Below are positions 22,303 through 34,119 of a stretch of DNA of 36,450 nt, in pieces (position 1 is the first letter of the stretch; the number at the start of each line of letters is the position of its first letter). Under the pieces are notes generated by a model. The model worked only from the letters and a program-made list of their open reading frames with translations, did no database searches and was not told where the DNA came from. Source of the stretch: Polymyxa betae A26-41 (lineage: Eukaryota > Protista > Endomyxa: Phytomyxea); NCBI GenBank assembly GCA_003693705.1, contig RBZT01000682.1, positions 1 through 36,450 of the forward strand, written 5' to 3'. The position numbers were made by a program, and so were the translations under genes.

Positions 22303-23350
22303 GATTTGAGATGTTTCGCGAAAAGTGAGAGGTTGTCGCCTCCAGTGAATGTTACACTTGGCGATGGTGGATCTGTACTTGCAACCTACATAGGAACGGT
22401 CAAACTAGCAAGTGACATTACGCTGACAAGAGTCCTGTACGTCGGGAAACTTCGAGGAAACTTGTTCTCGGCAACGGCGGCTTTTCGAGTGAGCGAAGTT
22501 GAAGCGAGACAATTCGGAAACAGCTACCAAGTCCTCAAGGATGTTCAAGTTGTTATGTCAAGGACAAGGTCAAAAGGCATGATTCGTTTCAAAGCGAATT
22601 ACGATATTGACTGCACTCCGGTCGCGACGGTAACATTGGAAGACCTTCATCGGCGATGCGGACATACGAACTCCGCGACTATTCTTGAGATGATTCGAGC
22701 AAAGATTCTTCATAATCCAACAACAAAAGAAATGTTATGAATGTGTGAGACGTGCGCAAAAGGAAAGCTGACAAGGGCGATCATAAAAAACAATCGGTGA
22801 CGGCAGTATCCCGGGATGTTGACCATCTCGTTCATAGCGATCTTTGCGGACCGATGCCTACAAATTCCCTTCAAGGCAATCGATAAATGGCAACATACAT
22901 TGATGACGCGAGAAACTACGCTCGTGTCGCATGCATTAGTGAAAAGTCACGCCAGTTGGAAGAATTCCAAATCCGCAATTGAATTCATGAAGGAGCACGG
23001 AATTAGATGGGAGCATCCTGCACCAAGAACTCCGTAAATAATTGAAACGCCGAAAGAATGAATCGGACATTAATCGAGATGCCGCGTTGCAACCTGATAG
23101 ATTCAATACCTTCCAAGACCCACTGGGAGTACGCAGTTAAAATGGCTTTGGAACCGCACCCATACATCATCAATCAAAGTTCGATTGACATCTTATGAGA
23201 TCGCGTTTTAAAAGAAATGCGATCTGTCGAATACCCCGATATTTGGCTCTAAAGTTGACAGCATTTAGACGATGCAATGCGTGACAAGCTTGATAATCGA
23301 TCCAGAACATGCATTTTTTGGGGTTACGCAGCATCCACCTTAACAGCAGC
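22303..23350 (+). mobile_element. Ty1/copia remnant (protease tail, GAG-pre-integrase, integrase); probable target of the preceding insertion
   Basis: VTLGDGG..TLTRVLYV..NLFS, LHRRCGH, CETCAKGK, VHSDLCGPM, AERMNRTLIEM and KLDNRSRTCIFWGY. Confidence 0.9.
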
Positions 23351-23662
23351 GTGAATATCGGCTGTACGTGTTACCGGAGCCTTACTTTGGGCATGGCATT
23401 TCCGTTTTGCCGGCTTTCGTGCCTGACAAAGCGATCCCGAACTTTAATGGGATATATACGGTCAGCCAACCAATAAGGAATTGTATATTCATTACCGTTT
23501 ACGCGATAAACTATTGTTGGAGCTTTGCCGTTGATCGCGTCGTTCAGAAGGGTAGAACGGTCTGGTCATTAATTTTAACGAGCCCGGCAACCCAAAGAAA
23601 AAGTCGCAAAAACGGCACCGGCTGTCAGCTATTGCTTCAAGCTTCACTGTCGACCAACCTTC

Positions 23663-24291
23663 TTATCCCGTGAACATCCCTGCCCATTCAGAAGGACAGT
23701 TCTTCCAAGCCCAGTTCATGCAGTCTATTGATCGTTGACAGCCAGGCCAACCATCTTCTAGCGAATCGTCGAGGATTCGGTGCTTATCGTCTATGGTTGG
23801 AGAGCGTAATGCCTTTTCGCCACATATTGCATCTATCGCATTGCAGAACCATTTGACGGTTTCTAGAATTTTAGATTTTCGCATCCTGTAGTGGTCGTCC
23901 TCCTTTTGCTTGATCCGTTAGCAAAGATTCGTACTGCCCACGCGATTTTTTGTTTTGCACTGAGCCCTTTTTCTTGCAGGCATCACGTTTCTGAATAAAG
24001 TATGGATCGTGCTGCTGGATACGAAGAACGAATTCATCAAACAGCTCAATTGGGATTCGGAAACTGTGTAGCGAATGTCTTGTTTAGTGTATGTCGGATT
24101 GGGTCCCCAGAAATCATGGAAAAGCAACGAATCATATAGCTCCGTCTTACGATTTTGTTCGGTTTCCGACAAAGTTGATAGCAGATTTCTTCATCGAGGG
24201 TATCTTCGCTGTCGGACTCATCAAGTATAAGCAACAGTAGTTCATCGTCACTGTCGCTGTTGCTGTTACTTTCATTTTCTAGAAAGGACAA
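23663..24291 (-). mobile_element. PIF/Harbinger transposase fragment (plant transposon protein type)
   Basis: FCNAIDAICGEKALRSPT..GWPGCQRSIDCMNWAWKNCPSEWAGMFTG, with an acidic N-terminus and DFWGPNPTY. Confidence 0.88.
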
Positions 24292-24325
24292 TCACCGTCT
24301 AGATTGATCCATTTATAATGATTCT

Positions 24326-24690
24326 GTGATACGGTGGGAAACCCCGCACAAACCCTTAAACTTATATTATAAAAACTATCCGTGTGATGATCATGATAAT
24401 TGCGACCGGTGCCCTTGCTCTAAGGGAAAGATCATCACCCCGATGAAAGCACGAGATTTAGATCGAGCTTCTGCTCAATGTTGCTTAGCGATGATAGCGC
24501 TAAACAATGCAATCACTGCTGTACGGCAAGCGGGAGAATGGGGAATGGGGCCAGCTCCAAAGGTGTATCGAAAGTTAAACCTCCGTTTACCATTCAACCC
24601 AGAAGTTCGTCAATTACTTCTGACTAACATCTTTCGTCTATAATACTTTCGTGTACGACTATCCGGAATAAGCCAAATTCGATGTTAATG
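24326..24690 (+). mobile_element. Harbinger/ISL2EU-type DDE_Tnp_4 transposase C-terminal fragment
   Basis: NNAITAVRQAGEWGMG..YRKLNLRLP..RQLLLTNIFRL..FRVRLSGISQI. Confidence 0.75.
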
Positions 24691-24729
24691 AAACTAACTG
24701 CTATTAATACAGTCTGCTATTAATACAGT

Positions 24730-25064
24730 CGCGCCAAGCTGTCTAGAGCACGTGTGGTTTCTGAGCACGGCGACTGCATCCTAAAGGCCGATGACAATCC
24801 CTTCGTGGCCTGCAGTTAGCCATCAACAAGCAACAAGACGTCCAGTCTGCTTACGATTGGATTATGGCATGCTGTGCTCTGCATAATATGGTGAACAACC
24901 GGCGCTTGCATGCTGACAAAATCACCTGGTATCGGGAGCGCTCCGACAAAGAAATGGAGCGATTCGATGCAGAGGTAGCCAGAATGCAAAACGTCGGCAT
25001 CTCGGAAGCCAGTTGGAGGCGCAGTATTCAAAGCCAGGTACTGCATTTTTGGGCTGGCATTTAG
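24730..25064 (+). mobile_element. Harbinger DDE_Tnp_4 transposase C-terminal fragment (different lineage)
   Basis: LSRARVVSEHG..ILK..SLRGLQL..WIMACCALHNMV. Confidence 0.8.
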
Positions 25065-25075
25065 ATTTGATTTAT

Positions 25076-25800
25076 TTACCAAATACAAGTTCCACAGCTT
25101 TGGTGATATCCTCCCAGGAAGACGAAACCGAGTCCCGAATCTGATGCTTCGCTGGCTCCGATCCATGTCGGATTGAAATCGACGTTACTTGTAGCCGTCT
25201 GGAATAAACCCACGTCACGCCACCAGAGAAGTTGGGTGCGAGCCTCCCTGGTCCATCGCCTGATTTCCGGTTGTCGTCTGTTGGGAGAGAGAATCAGAGT
25301 GTGTAGAGCGGACAGACGGGCTTGGGGCTGGAAGGAATTATAGATATTTGAAAAGTTGAGCTGGCCACGTAAGCGAGCTAACTGACGAATGGTCGGTGTC
25401 TTCAATTCCAGCATCCGGTCAATGCTGGCCGCATAGGCGTGGCGCTTCGATTCGGTCAAACACGTCTGTAACTTCTCTGGGTCGGACATTGGACCGTGAT
25501 ATCCAAAATGGCGAGTCGGGACAAAATTAGATTTACGGATGTTGATAGCAAAAACCTGAGCCCCGTAGAAACTGGCTGATCTGTTCTGTGGCTTCGGATA
25601 GATAAGAGGCGTCGGAGTGACGGAATAGGAAATCATAAACCGATGCTTTCACACGCCAACGATCTCTGATAACGTTACATAGAGACGATGTCAGCTGTTG
25701 GAAAAACGCCGGACCCTCTGTAGTCGAACATTCCAATATCCATTTTCTAAATCAATCATTGCAGCGTATCCGCCTCGAGCCGTCTTGAGATGAGCCATTT
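25076..25800 (-). mobile_element. DIRS/Ngaro-type retroelement RT-RNase H remnant
   Basis: AMIDLENGYWNV, GPAFFQQL, FAINIRKSNFVPT, TIRQLARLRGQLNF, LLWW and ASEASDSGLG (cf. the TDAS..G.G RNase H motif). Confidence 0.8.
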
Positions 25801-25899
25801 TCATTGAATAATGAGCCAACCATCAGTCCAGCTCCCCTTCCAAAGGATCCGTTCGCACCGGACACGATATCATCCGTCAACTGTTCTAAGAAGCTTTTT

Positions 25900-26870
25900 T
25901 GACTTCCAGATTAAGGTTGATTCATGTTGCAGGGCTTCGGGATTGCTGGGTGATGTATTTCTGTTCCTATACGGCCTTGAAGTCATCCACGATCTCAATT
26001 TTATGAAGGAAAACGCTAATTTCAAAATCTTAATTTCGAGACAGTTGATTATTCCACGGTATCCTTCAAGTTTGACCTAGATAGCATGGGCTAAACGAAT
26101 CGTGTGCTTGGAACGGTCCAGTCCAATTCTAGCCGCGGTAACCAAACGAATATGCTCGGATAGGAGTTGGAACACAGATATGACCATCCCAAGTGTCGGA
26201 TGCTCTGAGGCAAACTTCAAAACTGCTGAATCATTGTAAGGTTTCAAAAATGAACCGAAATCATGAACAGCAGACCAAGTTTCTTTCGGAAGATCTTTGG
26301 CTAAATCGCCATTCGATGATATCGTTAATCCCGCGAATCCATTATAACGATCGCGAAGGGGTCGGAACATTTCTTTCGAATGGCGCCTGCATCTGGATAA
26401 CAGAGCTTAACATTAGCCATGTTGAGTCCCAACAAGTTCCACAATCTAGGTCAGTAAGCTTACAATTCGTTTTGAGTGTTGAACAGACAGATTGAAGAGC
26501 CTCAAAAAGCTTCGTTGAATCCGTGATCTTCTTAACGAGGTCGCGAAACTGAGATTCGCGATATATACCATGGGGCCTCATTTGAGCCCTTCCATCACTG
26601 AAAGCAGCAAGGCATGAGCAAGACATCGTAACAGGAAAGAAATTCGGGCCAGTCATGAAGCAACCAGTGCTGAATCTTCCAGCAAGTCAGCTGAATCTGG
26701 AAATTGTTCCATCAAGTGGTGATCAATTGCATCTTGAAGGCAAACGTTAACGCTGGTCATCATTGCAGGGTTTGTCGAGGCGCTATCCCCTGTTATTGCC
26801 CAAATGGATTGCAAAAGATATCCGTGCCTGTCTACCCTAATCATTCTGCAATTATCTTTGCAATCTCAGC
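25900..26870 (-). mobile_element. hAT transposase pseudogene fragment
   Basis: IWAITGDSASTNPAM, LDCGTCWDSTWLML (cf. D..TRWNST..ML), and WSAVHDFGSFLKPY..SEHPTLGMVI. Confidence 0.85.
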
Positions 26871-27459
26871 ATCAGCATCAAGAAGATAGGCTCAAAGATT
26901 TCCTTAGTGGCCTCACATTGCGCAGCCTCTCACCCTGGATAACGTCATTCAGACCCTGTCAACGATGACTCTGAACATTACCGATCAGGTGGTTCAAGAC
27001 GATGATCACAGGCTTGTGCAACTTATCAAATCCTTCTTCAGCGAGGGGATGCTAAAGGTGGGCAACAGCAAGCTGTTGCCTCAGGTGCTCAAAATCAGAT
27101 TATGTCGCAAGCTTCCAACAACTACCGTTGTGCGGTGATGATTAATCTTGAAGGTCCGCCTCTGTTCAATGGGATGGGAGTACTCGTGTTGAACTGCGTA
27201 AAACTACTATGAATGCCTGTGGAAGGCTGGCAATCAGATTTCTATCCGTTCCCTTTTGCATCCAGACAAGCTGTGCTACATTGCTAACTGGGATTTCGAC
27301 GAGAGCGTGGAGGGTTGCTCACGGACAGCATTCTCCACAAGTAGGTGCACAGCCAGCTAGCCCAGACATCCTTGGATAGCATCGTCCAGAGCCAAGCGCT
27401 GATAGTTAGTCTAAGGATGGAAGTCATCCAAGGAATGCCATTATCCGCTGTGGAGCAGT

Positions 27460-28300
27460 TCATGCAACGATTGGAGAGCAGTCTTCAGCAATATCAAGTA
27501 ACAAAACGGCACTGAACATCTTTGATTTCAGCTTGCAAATTACAGATTGCATTGAGTTGAGATTGCTGCCGGTCAGCTGTCTGTGGCATTTGGAAATGCA
27601 AATTGGTTCCGGATGAGCGTGAAATTCGTGTTCCTGTTTCCGACAGAATTCTGAGCAGCACTCGACATGATCCCGAACCGTACGTAGTAACAGTCTTCTC
27701 TGCAATAAAGCAGCTTCATCAGGGCTGATCTCCGCTTCCAGCATCATTCGATTAAATGTTGAAACAATGACATTTTTTTCACCCAGCACATCGTTCATGT
27801 CTTTAGCTGGTATGACTGCAACAGCAGACATACATTGAGCAAGAACTGGATTAATAAATTTGCTGTTGGATGCAAACAGAATCTCTGCCAGACGGTAGGT
27901 CTTCAACTCCGCATCATCTTTTTTGTGTCTCCGTCAGGAACATAAACGCGGACATTGTCCCCCAAAAGCGACCGTTCCTGTTTTATAAGGGACTCTAGCC
28001 ATCCTGTGTTAGACTTCGAAATCCCATTTAACATCGTAATGCTTTTGCGGTCCTGTCCGCAACGGCACTTGATCTTCCCAGCCGTGCCGTTAGACAAAGC
28101 ATTCACATGCGGGCAGTTTCTGGATGAATCAACGCCTTGTGAAACATAAACGCTATTAAAACGTGAGATGTTAAGGCAGGATTGACATGTACTTCAACTT
28201 CATCAAATGATTTCAACAGCTCTGAAAGATCCTTATTGATGAATTGCCATGGATATTTCCGAACCGCAGCTTGTGGAAATAATCACTTGTGGTCCTTTAA
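27460..28300 (-). mobile_element. Kolobok-like DDE transposase remnant
   Basis: STCQSC..CPH..NGISKS..VYVPDGDTK..RDHVECCSEFC follows the C..C / GSS.SME / DGDS / H..C...C order. Confidence 0.5.
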
Positions 28301-29037
28301 ATTATTTCAAAAAAAAATCCAATTTCTGAATTCAAACTAACGTACATCGGATTTTTGATTCAAAGGGCCACAAAGCATTAGACAGCGGAAGTACATGTGA
28401 AGTGGGTCCATAATCCAGTCATTCAAGTTGTATGCCAGAGGTAAAACCTCAGTGTGAGATGATGTTTTCTTTAGGGTGCGTTTGGCTATCTGCGCTGCGG
28501 AATTTCGCAAATTCCTTTTTTCCAATATATCTGTAAAATATTGTAAGAACACGTTTGAAAAAATCCATGTCGTTTGGATGCTTTGTTTAAAAACTCACAA
28601 ATTTGATAGTCCTGATCGAATATCTTCTATTGTACAGTACTCTCTTTGCGACAATCATGTCAAATGATGGGCAGTTTCAGGCTCAGGTTATGCCGGCCGT
28701 AAAACAAGATGTCGGGCGCACTGAATGGACGGGTAACAAGCAGCTAAGTCCGATGGAGCTCATTATCGTCGAGGTGAAGAGCGAGTTCTACAATCCGCTT
28801 TCATTTGCTGTTGACGTCTGGCTTCGTTTGGGTGGGATGGTCAGAGGGAGGCCGCGTTTGGTTTGGTTTACCGAGCACAGCACACTCCATTCCCTGCCAT
28901 CCATGGCCATTTCACCGTGCCGATTAATCTTCTGTTCAAATGCCATGTCTTCTGGAGCCTAGACAATTTTTGTTAATTATAATTTAAAGTCTGTCCTCTC
29001 TTCACGGCAGATCCAGTATCATTGCGGTGGTCCCTTG

Positions 29038-29319
29038 CTAACATTTACTGCTCTGATAATATTGCGTTTTTGCACCGGATCTGTTCGTTGGTACAATTGG
29101 TAGCAATTTCGAGCGCCAGCGTCCCAGCGCTTGTATCATATGATCTGGGGTTTTCATTTCGCCTGGTTCAGTCGCCCCACCAATCCTATTGCTTTGATCG
29201 ATCTCTAAACAGGAGGAGGTTTTCTGATTTGTACGCATTCTTCCAATTCCTTGGGAAGGTATCATCTTCAGATTTCTACTCCGCTGTCTAGTGGACAAGG
29301 TTCGTAACGGAATTCTCAT
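29038..29319 (-). mobile_element. Tyrosine recombinase C-terminal fragment (DIRS/Ngaro type)
   Basis: QSNRIGGAT..HMIQALGRWRS (cf. HS.R.GGAT..I...GRW.S). Confidence 0.8.
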
Positions 29320-29525
29320 CTTTCAGCCTTATCATCGGCTTCGGTGGTGGATTATTGATATTGTACATTGATCATGCATCGGAGTTTATCTTGCTGGTTT
29401 CGTCAGATCTAATCATTCCAATTTAACTTTCATTGGCAATTTCGGTTTCTCTTCCATTCACCGAATCAACTCTTGTCCCCAAAAACCTATTTCGGTGATT
29501 TGTTTTTAAAGACTTTTGAAATGAC

Positions 29526-30450
29526 TCATTCCTCTTCAGGGTGGACGCTGCTTACTTCCACTATCAAGAGTGTTCTGTTCGCACTCATCAGCCAACGTAA
29601 CATGTAGTTGGAGGTTTTCTCTTTTTTATCATCTATCGCTTCCAGGGGTAGGTGGCTCCATCGGCATCTATGTCCGTAAGTACAACGGCCAAGGATGAGT
29701 GCCTTACAGCGCTCTTTCCCATACTTGTCAAATGCAGAATCAATGCGGGCCATGATATCATTTGCATTAGTGTTGTCGCGCTTTGGCCGCTCGTTCGACA
29801 TATCAATTTGCTGGTTTAGAAGGCGGGGTATCAGCTTGAGTTGATCTTCCTCTTCCATTTGATAATCAAATAAGCAGGTATATCCAACCGGGCTGCCCTC
29901 CACTAATTTGCGTTTACGTTGGTCCAACTCATAAACTGCAGCCCATACGTAGATCTTGGGCACGTGCATAGATATTGGTGATGTACCATAGCCTCCGGAT
30001 GTCGTCGTGCCGCTTGCCCGGTGATCAAGGCTGCTAGGACAGCATAATGGACACGGAGCGACTATGTGAAGTTCGGTATGTTGCGGCGTGTGGTGGCGGA
30101 TGGTAGAATCTTCTCGAAACCCCCTGAATCACAATGGTATGTGTTTCTTTGACTTTAGTGTCGTGCGCGGCATGGATTGCGGGGTAGTCAACGTACTTGC
30201 CGTCTAATATCACCCTAAGGACTTTGTCTCTTCTAGAATGGCCCAAAGCGCATCAGTGATTGATGGACCCCGTTGATCCACTTGCCTTTTGAGTGCTTCA
30301 ATCTCCTTTGCATTCTGGTGCTTTAAGTTTGCGATCTCAGATTGTAAATGATTGTCATTCCGTCGTTGACGTTGTTTAAATTCATCTTCTCGCATTTGGA
30401 ACATCTTCATGCTGTTCTCGACCTTTATGGTAATTGCATGCAAGATGTCC
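29526..30450 (-). mobile_element. Gag-like ORF remnant with coiled coil and CCCH zinc finger (DIRS/Ngaro type)
   Basis: Coiled-coil ORF 30210-30443, then ILDGKYVDY and RCKALILGRCTYGHRCRWSH. It lies upstream of the YR fragment on the same strand. Confidence 0.65.
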
Positions 30451-30879
30451 GCAGGTACATTTTGACTGACATTTGTGGGAGTAGGCGAGTCTCGATTACT
30501 TGTGTCGTTAGATTCAGATTGTTGCGATCCTTCGTCGCGACTAGCATCGCGATCGTTGTGGTGTTACGATCATTCTCGGGAATGTCATTTCGACAGCAGT
30601 TCCGGTCCTCGTCTTGGTTCTCGTCGGCGGCATCGCCAAAAAATCTCGCTCTCAAACGTCTCGATCCGACGACAAACGAATCTGGCAAGAGACAAATCGC
30701 CTCGAGACGGAATGTACGTCACGGTGTTCAAGATGTGCGGCGCGGAGACTCCTACTGTCGACACCACACCACCGCCAAGTCAGACTTTATGTTACCTCAC
30801 TACACCGCCGTCAACTGTTGCCTTCTGCCTGCAATCCGCAAGCTCCCTAATACTTAAATTTTAATTTATGCTGACATCA

Positions 30880-31915
30880 GGTCGCCAAAGGCGGAAAAAG
30901 CAGATAACGGATATAAGAAACAGGCTTGGCAAGCTGTAGCTTCCGCCTTTAACCAGGAATTCGGGACGAGCTACGAAATCATGAAGTTAAAGTCTCAGAT
31001 GACAGATGAAATTTGTATTCCTTTCGAAATCATAAAATGCTTGGGTTTACAATGAATCGAACAGCTGAAAGAAAATGGACATTTTTAAAACGTTGAGAGA
31101 CAATAGCGGATTCGGCTGGGATGATGAACGTCAACTGCCGACAGCACCAGACCAGACATGGAACTTTCGAAATATTTCTCGCTTATCTAATATTAGGGTT
31201 ATGTCCAGAACAAGGACGAATATGCCATGTTTCGAGACACTTCATGGCCTTTGTTTCAAACGGTTGACGCGCTTTTTGAATGATCAGCAGTCACGGGGGC
31301 GTTCGCTATCGAGCCAATACAGCCGCAGCATGTGATGGCCGAGGGATTCGTCCCGAACCCGAATGATTCGACGGCTCGATCGCTAGCGGAATCTTTTGAA
31401 GTCTTTGATCCTGAAGACGATTATTCGTCGTCGCTTAGCTCTGACGACGAACCCCAGCGGAAGCGAAAGAAACGTAGTGCGATAGGCAGCCCTCGTTTTA
31501 AGTGAAAACTTCAAGAATTGTCGAAGGGATTTTGGCTCGCTCCGCCTCCAGCACGCCACGCGGGAGGAACACTCTTGCAAGGGCGATTGCGGAAGCTATT
31601 ACGAGATTCGCTGATTTTCGTTCCCAGAAAACATCGGAACCTGGTGCCGAAATCGTGGCAGTAACCTCGACTGAACGAGCAATTTGTATTCTGGAACAGG
31701 AGTACTCAGATGAATTGCTTGATGAAGAGATGGCGACCGCTTTTGAGGTAATGGAGAATGAAATCAAGGCTAGAAGCTTTTGTGCCATTCGCAAGGGAGC
31801 GGAACGAGATATCTGGCTCCGAAAACAGATGCTCAGTCATCAGAATTCATGTTTAATCATAAATCACTCTACAGTCTCCACATGGTATCAGCTATTTGTT
31901 TTCGCCAGTTCTTAA
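30880..31915 (+). mobile_element. Myb/SANT-like DNA-binding gene of a PIF/Harbinger element (degenerate)
   Basis: DNGYKKQAWQAVASAFN..KLKS and FKTLRDNSGFGWDDERQLPTAPDQTW, with C-terminal ARSFCAIRKGAERDIWL. Confidence 0.85.
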
Positions 31916-31949
31916 CTACCGAATCACCCTTTGACCTAGAATCATAACA

Positions 31950-33060
31950 CTCAGCACTGAGCCCTATTGGATCGAATTTTTCCGATCTTTACTCTTCATC
32001 ATATAGCTGCACAAAAGTATCATCTCCCATCTCCCGTCGAATGATGTTATGCAGATCGCACAGGGCTAGCACCAATCTCCCTTGGCATTCGTAAGGATAT
32101 GATGGAGGCGCTGTTAATATTGGAAACCGTTTCTTCATCACCCCAAAGATCCTCTGAATGACGTTGCGGAGCTGGGCTTGGCGAAGATTAACGGCTTTAC
32201 AGCGCTCTTAGGCTTATAATTCAATAAAATGGTCAGGCAGCTTCTGGTAACAATAGCATCAGAGAATGGCATACTTTTGGTTTGCTTTTCCCCATTCTTT
32301 CAAATGATATCGTACTCCACGAAATGGGGTCAGGCTATCTTTCGCTAATCCGATTCCTGCATCCCCCAAGTAATATTTACCAGTAGGGATAGTCAACGAT
32401 TTTAATCGTGCGACTTGTAGAACAGTACCGTCTGCAGCCGAGCCTTCCCATCCATGAAGTACATATAGGAAATACATGTCGATTGAACATACAGCTAAGA
32501 CATTCTGACTGTAAAACCCTTTGCGGTTTCGAAAAGGGACAGTATTTCCTTGAGGAGGAGTCGCTTGGATATGTGTCCCGACAAAAGCGCAAATACAGTC
32601 CTTGAACTATGGAAAGAATGTTTTGTTGGTGGTGATTTCCCTGGGCGCGGTGTACCCGGGAGAGCGATGTAATCGGCAGCATTGTCACCAAAGAATTCAC
32701 AACAGCATTGAAATGTCTGCTCACTTTAGTATTTATTACTACCGGAATGTATTTCAAACGTACCTGCTAATGGTTTCACCAGAATGCTGAAATCGCTCTT
32801 GGGAGCTTCTATTGGATGCATTTTGACCGACGATATACAGGAAAATAGCCAACTGTTCTTCGGTAGTAATACCTCGTGATGGCATCAGGCATCCTTTAGC
32901 AACAATGGCATTTTTCAAATTAAGGAAAGTAAGACGATTCATTCGGAAGAACTCCAAGAAGCGCCGTTCGTTAGTAATACGCGACAGCAATTCCTCTATA
33001 TAGAGGTTGTCGGTCATGATGGACGTTCGGCATGGCTCCTTGCAAAGGTATTGTGCCGCA
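31950..33060 (-). mobile_element. PIF/Harbinger transposase (DDE_Tnp_4) pseudogene with two introns
   Basis: FRMNR..EEQLAIFLY..QERFQHSGETISR, FRNRKG..SQNVLAVC, GWEGSAADG, KYYLGDAG, LTPFRGVRYHLKEW, LRNVIQRIFGVMKKRFPIL and LHNII. GT..AG introns at 32717-32763 and ~32213-32274. Confidence 0.95.
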
Positions 33061-33545
33061 TACGATCCTGTTGCTTAAACAAGAAAGTCAGCAACATCGT
33101 CGTCATCGTCATCGATCCCGCAAGCCTCAAGTCCCCGGGAGAAGGCAGTGTTGAGTTTCTCGCATCGGGAAGCGGCTACGATTCAGAACGATGTGAGCTA
33201 AACATAGTCAATAACAGAATGAATGTATTATAGAGAGAAGTCAACGTTTTATAGATGCCACCAATTAACGCCTGATTCATATACCTAGAAACTCCGTGGC
33301 GGAGTTTACATGTACAGTGGCTGCTGCCCAGCCGGCACTGTATTGCCAGTGGCGAGGAAGGGCGTGTCGGAGTTTTCCATCTTCACTGGAGGGCTTGATG
33401 TCCCTTTACTGTCGGTTAATGTAGGGATACTAATCGAGCGACAGCCCGAATAGTAGACGAGATTAGCTTCCTGCTCAACTGGCAGGAGCCATATCTCGAA
33501 CAGCAGGTAAATAAAAAATATTTAAAATCGCCGACCAAATAATTA

Positions 33546-33698
33546 GGTCCGGCTTGAAAATCGTTTTTTGCAAAATTCACGGGTATTTATGCAAAAATCC
33601 CGATTTTGCAAAATGGGCTTCCAAACGCGTTCAGCATCTTGTATAGTCATATTTTGCAAAATAGTATTTTGCAAAAGTGCGAGTATCCAAACGAACTC
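33546..33698. mobile_element. Tourist-like (Harbinger) MITE
   Basis: Flanked by TTA on both sides. Imperfect TIRs GGTCCGGCTTGAAAATCG..TTTTGCAAAAT and GAGTTCGTTTGGATACTCG..TTTTGCAAAAT. Internal TTTTGCAAAA palindromes. Confidence 0.55.
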
Positions 33699-33760
33699 TT
33701 AGCCCAAACTGTGTATAAATTAACCCTATTCAATTTTTTTTTCAAAATCAACAATTTCCG

Positions 33761-33976
33761 TCATTTTGTGCTGAGCGTACCAGAAGCGCGATCGACCTTC
33801 GGGGATTTCAGGCTTAGACAATCCACCCATATGTCACTGGCTCTACCGCCTTTAATGATCTGCAATCCGAGCAACGTTGCGATTTCATCATCCTGCATTT
33901 GTGATGCGCGCTGAATAATAGCTTTCGCCTCTTCAAATGAAGTCGGAGTAGTGTTCTTATTTAGAGGAAATCCCAT
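33761..33976 (-). pseudogene. Possible tyrosine recombinase N-terminal catalytic fragment
   Basis: IATLLGLQIIKGGRASDI resembles YR box I (..G.R.S(D/E)). Short and weak. Confidence 0.25.
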
Positions 33977-34119
33977 AGCATGCCTTTCTGGTTGTTAAGC
34001 TTGGCAGTCTTACGAAGAGAACCTGACAATCAAATCTCCCTCAAGGACAGAATTTTGCGCAAGTCAGAGATGGACTTTCGATAAAAGAACGTTTTCAAGG
34101 CGGACATATAGGCCTTAAT

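Noticed and set aside
24699-24730. 16-bp tandem duplication CTGCTATTAATACAGT as a possible TSD
   Set aside because: The copies are adjacent with nothing between them; at most a junction or excision scar.
26880-27460. Coding-like segment between the hAT and Kolobok-like remnants
   Set aside because: No sustained ORF or recognisable motif.
30348-30864. Several overlapping + strand ORFs of 78-169 aa
   Set aside because: No motifs; likely shadows of the low-complexity N-terminal region of the minus-strand gag-like ORF.
33283-33307. Hairpin followed by CTAG on the minus strand as a Helitron 3' end
   Set aside because: CTAG directly abuts the stem instead of lying ~10 nt downstream, it is not followed by T, and no Rep/helicase is seen.
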